DNA of 63,939 nt, counting the filler, from Reclinomonas americana ATCC 50394 (taxonomy: Eukaryota), in assembly GCA_048213135.1 (NCBI GenBank). It is 4 parts of 2 records of this genome, joined end to end, with 100 filler letters (N's around TTAATTAATTAA, not from the genome) between each part and the next. Parts side by side here need not be neighbours in the genome. Positions count along the whole stretch, not along the records: positions 1 to 28,467 come from PS015302.1; positions 28,568 to 32,571 come from PS015302.1; positions 32,672 to 61,691 come from PS015302.1; 1 more part is not named here. The stretch is one strand, 5' to 3'. The notes below the pieces were generated by a model, which was given only the letters and a program-made list of their open reading frames with translations, had not been told where the DNA came from and made no database searches. Shown in pieces: positions 19,926 to 33,603 of this stretch (positions are counted from its first letter, which is position 1; every line of letters starts with the position of its first letter). The translations under genes and the position numbers were made by a program.

Positions 19926-22900
19926 ATGGCATCATCGTCGTCGTCTTCGCCATTTGCTCGTGCACGTGACCTTGCACGTGAACTGTTTGCACAGTTTCCG
20001 CATCGCGGAGTGGGCCGCCTGCTGCGCGTCATTGTCGGTGAGTGATGTCCACACGCACACGCGCGCGCGCGCTCTTCCTCTCCCTCTCTCTTTTCTCCCT
20101 CATGCTGAATGTGCTCGGGCCGCAGACCCCGCTGCCAAGGTCGACATTCGCTCTGCGGCCATGCATCAATTGGATCGTCTGCTGGCCTCTGAGTGGGCAG
20201 TGGATGCCGCCGTCGGTCTTCGTCTTGCGTCGCTGTCGATTGTCGCGGTGTGTGTGTGTGCCTGCTCTCTCTCTCTCTCTCACTCATTGACTCACTGGTG
20301 ACTGACGGCCGCCTTCTTTCGCAGCTGCTGTCGGCTTGCAGTCACGAGGATTGGAACGCGCGAACGGCGGCAGCTGAGGCGATATCGGTGTGCTTTCGAT
20401 GCATTGCCAAGTACGCGCGCAGTGGCGTAGAGCAGTTCCTGGCGTCGTCTGCGTTGCCTCCGCCCCCGCCCCCGCCGCCATTCCAAGTCAAAACCGACTC
20501 GTCGGCATTTGCATGGACACTGGAGGCGCCTGCACGCTTACCGCCGGCGCTGCCGCTGATGGCGTCGCCCGTGTCGCCGTCGCTCGAGGTCCTCACCGAC
20601 ATGGCCCGCCAGCTGGCCTCGTTTGCCGGCGCCTTGTCGGCGGCCGGTGGCAGCAGCGGCAGCAGCAGCACTGGCACGGCGCGAGGTGGAGGACGACGAC
20701 CACCTCCGCCGCTGAAGGGCGTGCGACCGGCCAACATTGTGACGCCGACAACGCACACGGTACTGTCTTCCGTCAGCGGTTCCATGCTGGCCAGCATGGA
20801 TGTTGCCAGCATGTCGGTGCGCCAGTTGAATCGATGGCGTCGTCTGACTGCCGGCAAGCCGGCTGCTCCCTCGACACCGACCACCGCCGTGTCGACACCA
20901 ATTTCGCCCTCGTTTTTCACCGCATCGTCTCCCTCAGCAGCAGCGGGCAAGGCGGCAGGCGCACAGGCTGCCTCGTCGAGTTCTCGAATGCAGAACAAGC
21001 AACGTCGGATGGCCGGCAGAGTGAGACCGCGCAGCCCTGGCGACGAGGATGAGGATGACGATGAGGACCAGGAGGACGAGGAGATGGAAGACAACGATGA
21101 CGAAGACGACGGCAACGACGAACACGATGCTACCGATAGCCCGCCGAAGAAACGGCAAAACACGCGAACCATGCCACCGCCGAAGACGCCGAACGGTGGC
21201 GGAACGAGTGCCGCAGCCACTGCTGCCACGGCTGCTGCTGCCGCCACCGCCACAGACGCCACCATGGAGACTTTGTGGTCCTCGTCGGCGGGGGGTGAAG
21301 CCGTGCTCAACGAAGTGGATCGTTTGGCAGAGGACCCATCGCACTTGATTTCGTGGATGCTGAGCGCGCTGGTGAATGGTCTGCTCGACACCACGTGGTG
21401 GGTCCGGCATGGTGCCATCATGGCTCTCAGGCCTCTCTTGCGCGAATTGGCGGCGCTGCAGTCGCCGTATGGAGTTGGCGGTGGCGGCTTCGCAGACGGG
21501 TGGCGTCTGGTGTTGCGCGCCCTGACGTTTGTGCTCATGGCCGACGAGTTTGCCGACTTTACGGGCGAGTCGGCACAGGTTCCGGTCCGTGCAGAGATTG
21601 CGGTGGCGGTGCCCGACGCAGTGTCTCTGTTGGTGGGTGGTGCGACTGGAGCGGTGGCACTGGCTGCCGCGTTGCGTCAGTGCGCACAAGTGTTGGCTTT
21701 CACTGCCTGCTTTAGTGAGCGGTGGCAGGTGTGTGTGTGTTGTTTTGCATTCGTCGCTTCTGGCGCATGTCATGTGTGGGTGTGTGTGCTGAGTGAGTGC
21801 GTCGATCGTAGGTCCATCTCGGAGTGCTACTGACGTTGAAGTCGTTGGTGCATGCACAAATGAGGGTCGCACAGAGCAATGTGCCGAGTGTGGAGACCAA
21901 GGCGGCACTGACGGACTCGTTGAATGCGTCCACCATGTTGACGATTCGCTGGTATGTTGTGCATGTGTGTGTGTGCTACCTTTCTCAGCAACAATGTCTA
22001 TCTTGGTGGTGACGACGTGTGACGGGCAGCCTGTCGACGGAAAAGGATCCGAGTGAGGAAGTGTGGTGCGCTGCCATGGATAATCTCGCCGCAATCATTG
22101 ACGCCGTGCAGAGCGGCCAGTGGTGGGCGCAGCAACTGGGACCGGAGGCCAAGTGGGCCTCCGATGTTTTCTCGGGCGTCGTCCGGGCGCGACAATTGCT
22201 GGCGAACCTGGACGACGGCTCGTTGGTGGCCGCGCCGTTGTTGCTGCTTCTCAGTTGCGTACCTGGGTGGAATGTTGGAGGTGACATAATGCACGTGACT
22301 CACGTTTGAGTTTGTGTCGTGCGTCGCGTGCAGGGCACAGCCATGGTCCGTGGATCGGCTCAGCAATGGCGCAAATGAGTGCCGACGAGTATGTCAAGTT
22401 GACCTCGTACTGCTGGCACCCGTCTGCTGCTGTGCGAGGAGAAGCCTTGCGGCTGGCTCAGGCAACGTGGTTGCAAAAGGGCGTGCCGGTGCTTGGCGAT
22501 CGAGCACCGCTGGTGTTGTGTTATTTCTTCACCGTCAGCTTTATGGAGCCACAAGAGGTATTGCGCGTGTGCACACTCGAAATAATGCGTTTTTCGTCTC
22601 ATGGCAACCCGCAGGCACTTCGTGTGGCCGCGCGGGAGCTGTTTGTGGCCCTCGGTCTTCATGTCGGTCTCCGTGCGTCCATGCAACACGGCTTTCTCGG
22701 CTGGCTCTTTTCTCTCTCTGCCCTTGTCATGGCCTCCACCGCGCAACGGGCCTCGGCCTCCGCCGTCGGTGCTCTCCCTGCATCCGTCGAACCGTGGTGG
22801 AGCGAGCGCATTCCACAAATGCTACAGACGCAGTTGCGTGGCGCAGCGACACGAGCGGTGCGAGCAAAGTGACACCGATGCTGACATTGTGTTGCAGAAC

Positions 22901-25900
22901 TTCCATTCGTCAAGAGGTGCGATGGACGGAGCAGGAGAAGTGGGATGGACTGTGGGCGGGTGTGGAGACACTGGCCTCGTTGGTTGTTCACGCGCCAGAG
23001 GGAGAGGCGTCGATGGTGCAGGATGTCGGCAACTCGGTGGGGTTCGCCTTGATGAATGGCGCCGAGTCGGCGGCGTCAAAGGAGGTGGCGATTGTTGGCA
23101 CGCTCTTCTGCAATGCCTGGTCACTGCTGGTGTCGGATCCACTGCGAAGTCGCGGTGCGTGGTGGCGTGACAAGCGATGGTTTGACACTGACTGTGCCTA
23201 ATGGTGACATCTCGCAGTGCCGCGGTCGCCGCTGCCGGAGGATGTGGTGCAAGCGCTGCTGTTCTTGGTGGAGACTGGATGCGCGGAATTCGGCGCCGCA
23301 CAGGTGCAAGCAGGACCTGCAGTTGCGTGGCAACCCGAGGCCACAGGTCAACAATGTCGCAGCCGTGAGGACTGACCTCTGTGCGTTTGTTGACTTGGTG
23401 CAGCGGGCTCACGAAGTGGTCATGTCTGAGCTTGCACGTCTGGGCACCATGGCTGCGGCGTCTGAAGTGGCCATCATGCGACAACCTCGAAACAGTGTTA
23501 CGATGGTCATGCAGTCGCTGCTGCAGCTGCTGCGGGTGAGTGAATAAGGGTGATGAGCAGGCGTGGAGATGCATCATTTTCATCATCATCCGCTGTCGCA
23601 GGAATCGGCGTCGAACTCGCGCGAAACAGCGTGGATGGGTGCTCATTTGGGTGGTGCAATCTGTCGTCTGGCTGTCATGTGTTCGTCGGGAGTGTCGTGG
23701 CCGGGAGATGAGTCGGCTTCTGCCGTGGCCGACTTCTTGGTGGACACGGTGATTGGACACGTGTGTGGGTACAGAGCAGTGGTGTTGCCACCATCGGTGC
23801 TGGCGCTGCTGGGTGACGAAACTGGGCGGCTGTCGACGGGTGCTGCCGCGAACAAGCCCACCGTCAACCTGTTTCACCAGGTGGTTGCCGAGCGACTCAT
23901 GGCCAGTGTGCGAGAGGACACTGGCACTGACGGCGCAGCAGCCGCTGCTGCCGCTGCGGCTGCTGCTTCTGCTGCTGTGGTTGCTGGTGCGGACGATGGC
24001 GATGAGGACGAGGATGAAGACGAGGCACCGTCGGTGGCGGTGTCGGGTGGCAAGCGTGGTCGCAGGAAAGCTGCGGCCGGGCGCGCCCAACAATCTCGCA
24101 CGTCGACGACCGCTGCAGCCAGTAGCACGCTGGCGCTGGCAGTTCTCGAGATTGTGGAGATGGAATCGAAGCCGCCTCCGGTGGAGAAGTTACCTGGCGT
24201 CTCCCTTGGTCCTGGCAGGTGAGTGAAGTGCGTACGAGTGAGCAGAGGCTGGGGAGGTGAAGCTGAGCGCTGCATTTCGTCGCCTCGCAGCGTTGCCGGT
24301 GTCGACGACGCGTCAGCTGACGCTGTGCAGTCGGCGCTTTCTGCCGATGGTGTGTGGTCAGGGTCGTTTGCTGCCGAGCGTGCCTTGCGTTCGTTGGTCC
24401 GCGAGTGTGGCAGTGGTTTGCTGGAGCGTTTGCCGCGACTGGCCCAGGGTCTGCTGCGCGTGTGCCAGCCCCTGCCCCCGTTGACGATGGGTGGTGGTAC
24501 GATTGAGTGGATGCAACAATTGTCACAGGTGCAGCAGTCGGCTGTGCTGTGCTCGGTGCTGACGGAAACGTTGCCGGAGGCCCATCGCGAGGATCCACGG
24601 CCGTGTGTGGTGGTGGAGAGTCTGGAGAAGCTGGTGCCATTCTTGCTGGCTCGTGTGGCGGAAGCCGTCCAGGCAGTGTTCCCTGCGGATTCGAGTACAC
24701 TGTTCTTCGCGGCGCAGCGTGTGCTCGCGGCACCCACCACGTTGTTTGTGATGGATGTGTGCGCATGTGTAGCGCGCATATGTCGTTCCAGTCTCGCCCT
24801 CAAGGGTGCCGGTCACTTTGTGTTTGAGGGTGGCATCACGGCTCCGGCCACCGCGTCGTCGGCCGTTGGTGTGGTTGTGGAGTTTGTGCTGAGCTGCTTG
24901 TCTGCTGAGTCGGCGTCGGTGTCGATGAGAGCAGTCGGCCTGCGCATTGTTCTTCGTTGCGTTCCGCGTGCTCCCACCCTCGTGCCCACCCAGTCCTCAC
25001 TCGTGCCGCGCGCAGAGTTGATCAGCCAGCTGCAGCAGCAGTTTGTGCCGTATGCACCGCTGGTGCTGCCGCTGACACTCAACTGGCTGAGCCACCCCGA
25101 TCCTAGCATTCGGTCGGTGGCATCGTCCATCTTCTCGCTGCTGCTCCCACTGTTGCCACTGGCGTTGCCGCTGTTGGGTTCCGGCGAGGCGGTGACTCTC
25201 GCCTCTGTCCACCCACTTTTGCATCCGTTGAGCTCGGTGCCTGGCGGAGTGCACTCCCACGCAGCCTACTGGCACCTTCCCGAGGTCGTGCGGCTGCTCG
25301 TCGAGGAGCGACTGCACTACCTGCGCCGACTGGTGGTCGGTTCCTCGGTGCACGCCAGTGGATCCCAGTTGCGTGATTGAGGATGTGGACTGCGTGTGTG
25401 TGTGCGAGTTGAGGTAATTCTGTCTCATCGCGCGTTGCACAGTTCCACGGAGGAGTGGATGGGAGCGGCTGGCGTGTTGGTGGACCCTGCGGCGCATCGT
25501 GTGGCGCATGTGGACGCCACGTTCCGTGCGTACCAGTTGGAGGGAGTGCGATGGCTGTGGTTCCTTCGGTGTCACCACTTGCATGGCGCATTGTGTGACG
25601 ACATGGGACTCGGCAAGACGCTGCAGGTAGCACTTTTTTTGTTTCTATTCTTTGCATCTCTCGGGTCTCGCGGTCTGACGATCGGTGCAGGCCATTGCTG
25701 TGATGGTGATGCACGCGTTGGACCGGGGCCAGCGGGGCAACGCTAGTGTTGGCGTCAGCGCTGTGTTGTGTCCGGCCACCCTGGTGCCCAACTGGCAGGC
25801 CGAGATCATCAGATTCGCGGCACCTGTGTTGCGCCCGGTCGCGTGGAACGTGGCGTTGCGTGTGCTTCTTGTGGTGATGGAAGCGCAGTGTACTTGTGAT

Positions 25901-27905
25901 CAGCGTTGCTGAAATTGTTTCTCCTTTCGCAGCTCGCTGGAGGAACTCGAATCGCAAGTGGCGGCTGCGGAGGCAGCTGCGGATCTGGCCGGCACTCCGC
26001 CGCAAGGTGTGGTGGTGATCATGTCGTACGATCGCGCCTCGCGTGATGTGGATACACTACTCGGCTTCCTTGGTGCACGCTCGCTCGAGTACTGCGTGCT
26101 CGACGAGGCACACATTGTGCGCAATCCCGACTCCAAGACCTCGCTGGCAGTCAAGCGGTTGCCGTCGTCTCACCGCATTCTTCTCACCGGCACACCGATT
26201 CAGAACAGTGTGCTGGAGTTGTGGTGCGTTGTGTGGCAACAGGGGCGCGAAAAGAATGCTGAAGTGGCCGCTCACTCATGCACGCTGTACGTACACAGGT
26301 CTCTGTTTGACTTCCTCATGCCATCGTATCTGGGCTCGCGTCAAGTGTTTCGCAACATGTACGCGAATCCGATTCGGAAAATGGTGCGCGCCGCTCCGCA
26401 TGCCAGTCTGGAGCCGGAGAGCGATTTTGATATGCTGCACCAAAGCGGCAGCGGTGATGGTGCTGCTGCAGCAGGAACAGGGGGTAACATGTCGTACCAC
26501 GTCGACAGCTCGAAGGCCAACCAGGCCGTCACACTGGTGTTGCACCAAGGTTATTTCTTTTTACTGGTCTGTGTGTCACCTGCTCTCCTGCTGTCTGACT
26601 AACTCCATCATCACTCAACAGGACAAGCGGCGTTGCGCCGCTTGCATCAGCAGTGCTTGCCGTTCATTCTGCGGCGCAAGAAGGAGGAGGTGCTATCGGA
26701 GTTGCCGGCCAAGACCATTCAGGACTTGTACTGCGAATTGACGCCGTTGCAAGCGGCGCTGTATCGGGTGGCCAGCTCACTGGTGCCCTCCAATGTGGCC
26801 GCTGTGGCTTCGGCTCCTCCCAGTGCAGCGGAATCATCGTCATCGTCGGCTGCAGCTGGTCCGTCAGCACCCGTTGTCCCGCCAGTCAGCATGGAGGGAA
26901 TGGAGGCTCTGCAGGAGATGCGGACCCTGCGCCGCCTCTGCTCTCACCCGGCGCTCCTCGTGCGACACGCCTCCGACTCACCGGGTGCCGTGGAGAACCG
27001 CCTGCTCGAGATGTGTCGAGCGGAGAAGCAGCTGAACACTGTGCAGCACTCGGCGAAGCTGCTGGCGCTGCGGTACGTTGCCGTGTGAGGTTGTGATTGC
27101 GTGTGCGTGTCGGTGACTTATCCTGCTCACACACACACACAGTGACCTGTTTGTGTCGTTGGGCATGAGTCGGAGTGAGCGGGGAAGTGGTGGTGGTGGT
27201 GGTGCTGCTGCCGGCACGTCATCGGCCTCGGCATCGGACGCCAACGACGAAGACTTGCAAGGCGAGACGCGAGTCGATCACAAGATGCTGATATTCGCCC
27301 AGGGCAAAACCAGTCTCGATATCATCGAGCAGCAACTGCTGCGCGGCGAAATGTCGCATCTGACCTTCCGGCGCATCGATGGTGCGTGTGCCGCTCTTGT
27401 GCTGTCGCTCCTTGTCTTTCCTCACACGATCCACCGTTCTGCACAGGCGATGTGCCGCCGGCCATGCGCGTGAGCGTGGCCAACGAGTTCAACTCGGAGC
27501 TGTCGCGTGTCGACGTGCTGCTGCTCACCACCGCAGTCGGCGGCGTCGGCCTCAACCTCACCGGAGCCGATATCGTCGTGTTTTTCGAGCACGACTGGAA
27601 TCCCGCTGCCGACATGCAAGCCATGGATCGCGCTCACCGTATCGGCCGTTTCGTCGTCTCCTCCTTCCCTGCTGTTGTGCGTTGTGCTGATACACCTGCT
27701 CGTGCACACAGAAAAGCGACACGTCCACGTGTACCGCCTGTTGTGCGCTGGCACGATTGAGCAGGACATGTTGAACATGCAACGCATGAAGCTGCACCTG
27801 GCCAACACAGTGGTCGGCGCCGACAACGCCTCGATGCGTACGATGGAGACCGATGCGCTGCTGGAGAACCTCGAGATGGCCCATGCATCAGCTGCCGCAA
27901 AGTGA
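19926..27905 (+). CDS. BTAF1: MOT1/BTAF1 TBP-associated SNF2 ATPase
   Basis: N-terminal HEAT motifs ([33 protein letters not shown]), then SNF2 motifs [118 protein letters not shown]. Confidence 0.93.
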
Positions 27906-28032
27906 AGCAGCAGTGAACACAACGATGATTTCAAGTTGAAGGGCAGAAACCAAATTTAGCCGCGGCAGAGACGAAAGTCCTGTGTCCGTATGCAAGCTCA
28001 CACACACCGCGTTCACTGAACCTCTGAGAGCA

Positions 28033-28408
28033 ATGGCATCATACAAGGACCGACACACGTTCGGTGAGTGGCGCGAGTGTGTCATCTTAATGTGTGTGCG
28101 TGTGTGCGCGTGTGTGCGTACGTGGCAGCGGTTTGTGCGACGATTGCCATCTTCCCCCTGTCACTCACACACACCTCTTCCCTCCCCCGCATCTCTCCTC
28201 TCCCACAGAGGAACGATCAAAGGAGGCAGCGGACATTCGCTCGGTGAGTCTCACTTACAACAGACAGTGTCGATCTGACACTTTTGTGGTCCACTCACTC
28301 ACGCGTGTGCGTTTGTGTGTGTGTATGAGCGCAGAAGTTCCGCGAGCGAGTACCTGTGATTGTGGAGAAGCACCCGCGCAGCGATATCCCCGCCATTGAC
28401 AAGTCCAA
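28033..28408 (+). CDS. ATG8: ATG8/GABARAP-family protein (5' part; truncated at scaffold end)
   Basis: MASYKDRHTFEERSKEAADIRSKFRERVPVIVEKHPRSDIPAIDKSK after splicing three exons. Confidence 0.92.
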
Positions 28409-28467
28409 GTTTCGTGTGTGTGTGTGAGAGAGAGAGACCAGTTTGGGCGGATGAATCGTAACTCACA

Positions 28468-28567
28468 NNNNNNNNNNNNNNNNNNNNNNNNNNNNNNNNN
28501 NNNNNNNNNNNTTAATTAATTAANNNNNNNNNNNNNNNNNNNNNNNNNNNNNNNNNNNNNNNNNNNN
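28468..28567. other. Artificial scaffold-joining spacer (N44-TTAATTAATTAA-N44)
   Basis: 100-bp spacer with stop codons in all six frames; genes on both sides are truncated. Confidence 0.97.
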
Positions 28568-29319
28568 TGGATGAGGAGCAGGAGGCGGCGTTGCAGGCGC
28601 GCATGGGCGACTGGAAGCTTGACAGCGACGACGATGAAATGGACGACGACGACGACGGCGACGATCGTGGTGTTGGTGTCGGTGCTGTCGGCCGAGGGGC
28701 GGCGGCGACGAATGGCACGAGAAGCAGCGGCGACTACAGAGGCAGTGGCAGTGGTGTGAGCGGCTCGGCGAAGAGAGAGGAGATCAGTGACGACGATGAC
28801 GACGACGACGACGACGATGCCGACTTTGGTGACAGCGAGCAGACCACAGCGAACGGTGTGAGCGAGGCTGTGCGATCGGTCCGCCGTCTCGACATCCCGC
28901 GCTCCACCGACGGCGGCGGCGGCGGCGGCGACGGTGATGACGATGAGGCGGAGGTGCGGCGGCAATCCGTGGCCAGCGACAGCAGTGCACGGCGAGAGTA
29001 CCAGCCGTCGTACGCGCAAGTTCCCGGCATCACACCGAGGTGAGTGATTGTGAGGGGTGCCTGGTCTGTCTTGCACTTCCTCCCACGGCTTACCGACGTG
29101 CTTGCACAGGGAGCGTCCGTGGTCCGCCACCAAACCCATTGACTTTTCGGGCAAGCAAGCCGAGAAGCGTCTCATCAGCGACACGGACAAGAAAGGTGTG
29201 ATAATTTTTCTTGGTGAATATGCGCGCGCGCGCATCCATTGTCTCACTTGGTATGCATGCACGCAGGATACTCCTCGTTCAAGCCGCGGTTCATGAAGAA
29301 GAAGAGCGACGACACATGA
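28568..29319 (+). CDS. 3' part of a hypothetical acidic low-complexity protein
   Basis: ORF with poly-Asp runs followed by two frame-compatible GT-AG exons ending GYSSFKPRFMKKKSDDT*. Confidence 0.55.
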
Positions 29320-29486
29320 GAGGACATAAACCCCAAGTACTTTTTTTGTGCCGTTTTGATAGTGCGCACTGCCAAGCTACTCCGGTAGGTACGGCAACTA
29401 GGCAAATTCTTAACATGGTGTACTCTTCTCCTCATAGAGAGAGAGGCACACAGTTGTATAAAGCAAAGAGAAAAACCGGGAAAGGA

Positions 29487-30050
29487 TTACTCGCCACCAC
29501 CACCACCACCAGCACCCGTGGCAGGCGGCGGCGCATCTGCAGCAGCCGAATCCTCCTGCTGCTGCGAGGCCAGCGCGGCCAGTCTCGCCTGCAACTGCTC
29601 CGACATGGTCTGCCCAAACGACTCATCGATCTGCAACAGCAGCGAGTGGATGGTCTCAAATGGAGTCTCGCTGCCAGCCTGCACGAGAAAGAGTGAGTGC
29701 GTGTGAAATGCGAGCTTGTGAGACCAGACACGCGCACCAGTCGATAGCCCTGCACGGTGCCTTCGACGCGCACTTGCCGACCGCTCTTGAGCAGAATATC
29801 CGCAAAGTGCGGGTCCTCGCGGTCTTGCGCCGCCGCACTCACCACCTCACTGTGCGCAAAACGTTGGTGTTTCCGAACTCACACACACAGACACCCACTC
29901 TCTCCTCACACACACACACCTGTCAATAAGATCCTGCAGCGCCAGTCGCACCTCGTCCAGCATCGAATCCTGCACAATCACCAGCTCATTCTGCTCGAGC
30001 TCGTCACCATACGCATCGTCCTCGTAGACTCTTCGCGCATCCTCAGACAT
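29487..30050 (-). CDS. GSKIP-domain (GSK3B-interacting protein-like) protein
   Basis: ADILLKSGRQVRVEGTVQGYRL...FETIHSLLLQIDESFGQTMSEQLQARLAAL resembles the GSKIP domain (ETVYSLL...FGNALLQRLEAL). Confidence 0.7.
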
Positions 30051-30221
30051 TTCCTTGTGTGTGAGATGATTACCGACAAGACAGACAGAGATGGAAAGAG
30101 GGTGGAGGGGGGGTTAACACTACTAAACAAGATAACAAAGGGAGAGAGAAGAGGATAACAGAGGAGAGGAGAGCGCTCTCACGCGACTCTAATGATAATC
30201 GAACACGCGAGTCGCTGACAG

Positions 30222-31608
30222 ATGGCGCGAAAATCGACGACGAATGGACGACGTTGGTGCGTGGATCACGCCCTCTCTCTCCCATCCATCCCTCTCTGTT
30301 CAACTCACATCCCTCGCCCTTTCTATTGCGTCAGCCGATGTGCATGTGGGCGTGGCGCTGGGACTGGGCGAGGTGACAACGTCGACGTTGGAGGAGCGGC
30401 CAGAGTTTCGCGCCTTGCTGGAGCGACTGCAGGAGGTGCTGGTGGATCGCTCGTGCTTGCCAGTCGAGCAGCGAGAGGCACAGGACAAGGTCTGTGTGTG
30501 TGCGTGTCGGGCAGAGTCTCGCAACTGATGATGATCATTTGTTATTGTTGTTGGCGGTGATGAGACAGCTGCGACAGCAGGTGGACAGTGAGCGACTGGC
30601 CTTCCTGCGGCACTCGTTGCTGTTGAGTCAGTTGGAGGATGCGGCATTGGCGGTGGGCGGAGGCAGTGGCGAGGGCGTGGATGACAAGTCCAAGGCGCCA
30701 GTGGTGCTGCAGGCGTTGGCGCGCGCTGCGGCGGCGCACTTGACGCGGGTGCGGGAGCGGGCGTTGCATGCGGCACGAGCACCGCACTCGTCGGTGGTGC
30801 ACCTGTTGGATGTGACACCGCAGGTACGTGTGTGTATGTCTCTGCGTGCTTGATTGGCGAAGAGGTGACACGGCGGTGCAGGCGTTGCAGAATGCGCGGC
30901 TCGGTGGCGCCGAGGACTCGCCCGTCTCGGTGGTGAGCCAGGCGGTGGAGCGGCGGTTGCGGAGGCACTTGATGGCACTGGCCAGCTTCACCGCCGAGGA
31001 CGACGCTGAAGTGAGCTCGCGCCACCCTCTACCTCCCTTCCTCCCTCTGGTGCTCAGCCCCACCCCCTCCACAGAACTCCAAGCTGATGCTCTCCAAGGC
31101 ACGCCAGCTGCCACAACTGGTGCGCCAGTGGCAGACGCGGTTGCAGGTGGCACGCGAGCGCCTGGCCCAGCGGCGACACGTCACGCGGCAGCTGCTGCTG
31201 GCGCAGGTCGAGCTCACCGCCAAGTGTGTGGCGGCGGCTGGCGAAGTGTTGGTGCGACACCGTCTCCCGCCACACGGATTGCGCTTCCGACACGACGAGC
31301 TGTGGCAGGAGTGGCTGGTGGAGCGCTTCCGTGCCATGACGCTCAAGCTGGGCGTGCTCAAGTACGAGTACCTGCGCGACACGTACACAGTGGAGAGCGT
31401 GCAAGCGCTGGCCAAGATACGCGACCGCGTCATGGCGCGCGTACGCTCCGTCCGCCGCTCGGTGGAGGAGCGTGAGGATGCATTGGAAAAGTACCGGCGA
31501 GCCAGCGATGCCGACCCGGCATTCGCCCAGATCGCCCAGGAATACGGTCACACACTCGAGCAGATCCAGGAGAAGGAGTGGGCGCTGCGTGAGCTCGACA
31601 AGCGGTAA
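30222..31608 (+). CDS. HAUS4: Augmin/HAUS complex subunit 4
   Basis: PEFRALLERL near the N-terminus; C-terminal WLVERFRAMTLKLGVLKYEYLRDTYTVESVQALAKIRDR...FAQIAQEY...EKEWALREL is characteristic of HAUS4/AUG4. Confidence 0.8.
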
Positions 31609-31682
31609 AAAGAAAACAAAATGTATACTGCAGCAAAAAAAAGCCGTGAACTCCCCTCCGCCACACCCGCCTCTGCCCGTGC

Positions 31683-32551
31683 TCACACCCCCAATGACAA
31701 GCGCGTGAACTGCGAAAAGTCGACACGCGTAGCATCACGCAGCGTCGCCACCAGCTCCTGCAGCTCTTCCGCATTGCACAAGAACTGCACACCGCCCTCC
31801 GACGTCTCCAGCTCAATCGTGTACAACTGCAGTCCGCAGTGAGCGCGCCCACACACCTACACACCAAGCAAGCACACGCAACTGGTCGCGCATCAATCGC
31901 CTGCGTCGAGTCACGCGTGTAGTGATCCAGTCGCCACCGCACACCACGCAGCTGCGGCAGACCCGTCGTTCCCACCGCCGACAACCGCTCACGAATCTGT
32001 GCCAGATGTGCATCAAAGGCCGACACCACGGCCGCCTGTCGCTCACCCGTCACACCCGCTTCCTCCAATGCCGATCTTTTTGTGTCTCCAAAGATGAGCA
32101 AAACGAATTGATCCGAGCGCATCATCCACACAGACAGACAGACTCACCCCAGATCGAGTGAATGCACACTGCGCTTTGCCGCCTGCGTGTACAACGCCAG
32201 CAGTCCCGCATGCGCTGCCTTAACCAGCACTCTCTGCTCATCGCTCACACCTCCGCCTGTGCGTGAACATGTCACACTCACACACACACACGCGCGCGCT
32301 CTCTCTCTATGCACGCAACCCAACACATCCTCCAGCAGCTCGCCACGCGCAGCGGCCGACGAGGCCAATGCACGCGCCGAGGCCTCGGCCACTTGCCGCA
32401 CATGCGCCGCACTGAGCGAGCTCAGCGTGACCAGCGCAGCACGCTGTGACTCACTGACCAGCGGGCCTCCTCCCGCCACTGATGCACCAGCTCCACCTAC
32501 TGCTGCAGCAGCTGACGATGATGATGAACCAGCGCCGGCTGCTGAGGCCAT
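31683..32551 (-). CDS. COMMD3: COMM domain-containing protein, COMMD3-like
   Basis: VKAAHAGLLALYTQAAK, LPQLRGVRWRLDH, PLYTIELET, VQFLCNAEELQELVATLRDA form a COMM domain, most like COMMD3. Confidence 0.78.
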
Positions 32552-32571
32552 TATATATGCAAAGATGTACA

Positions 32572-32671
32572 NNNNNNNNNNNNNNNNNNNNNNNNNNNNN
32601 NNNNNNNNNNNNNNNTTAATTAATTAANNNNNNNNNNNNNNNNNNNNNNNNNNNNNNNNNNNNNNNNNNNN
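32572..32671. other. Artificial scaffold-joining spacer
   Basis: Same N-TTAATTAATTAA-N 100-bp spacer. Confidence 0.97.
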
Positions 32672-32925
32672 ACACACGCATCGGTGACGTTGAGTAGTAG
32701 TGGTGCGGTCGATGATTGTGACTGTGGCTGTGCTGGTGGTGGTGGTGGTGGCGACGATGTTGATTGTGATGCTGATGCGTCGTCGTCAATCACTCGTCGT
32801 GTGCCGGAGAGTGTGGAGGCTAACCGGAGCCACGAGGAGTGCGCGTTGGTAAGTGACTGACTGGAGGCAGGCCTGCGTGTTGTCTGCCACGATCTCGCAG
32901 CGAGGGCGGAGAGCAACGGGAGCAT
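32672..32925 (-). CDS. 5' fragment of a probable mitochondrial Fe-S assembly protein (ISCA2-like)
   Basis: Arg/Ser/Leu-rich presequence-like N-terminus (MLPLLSALAARSWQTTRR...) followed by LLNVTDACV at the scaffold end, like the start of the IscA domain. Little sequence is available. Confidence 0.45.
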
Positions 32926-33603
32926 CTTGCGCGCTCTCTGTGAAATTGGATGAGGTGTGTGGGACCAACTTCTCGTTTGCGCCTGTCCACGCTGGAACGA
33001 AAAAAGGCAGCAAAGCGCGCGGATCAGGAGGGTCAACATTCGAGCTTGGCTGGGCGGCGATGCTGGGCAGCGATCTTCGAGTGACCACGCGAAGTTCTGG
33101 ATCCACGACCGGAATTGTCAATTGCAATCAATGAGATGCATGTGGTCGGTTTCGGCAAGGAGCTGCAAGCAGCAATCGATGTTCGCTTTGCGAGAGTTGC
33201 CGCCAGTCACGCTGTGACGATCCAGGGTCGACGGACCGAAGCGGATGCCGTGGAGATCGCAAGATATTGGCAGAGACTTCGAACTGAACAACCAATCCGA
33301 AATCCTTCTTTGTACACCGTCAGCACGGCAATGTCGAGGCGCGCAGAGGAGGATGAGGACACAGACATCGTGCTATGATCGCAAGGGTGTGCTCGTCATT
33401 GCCGGCGGTGCCGCTTCGATTTCCCCCGTATGCGAGTTGTCCAGTTTTGCGATTCGAATTCACAACTCGTGATGCAACTCGCTTCCGTGCACGCTTTCAC
33501 TCATGCCACCCCTCCACCTCTCCTCCTTCACCCCTCTCCCTCCTCTCCCCCACCTCCCTCCCCTGCTCACCACACTCCCCGTCTTGCACCACAACCAATC
33601 GGC

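Noticed and set aside
33115..33378. 87-aa ORF between the ISCA2-like and ARM genes
   Set aside because: No homology that I can recognise; cannot be supported from sequence alone.
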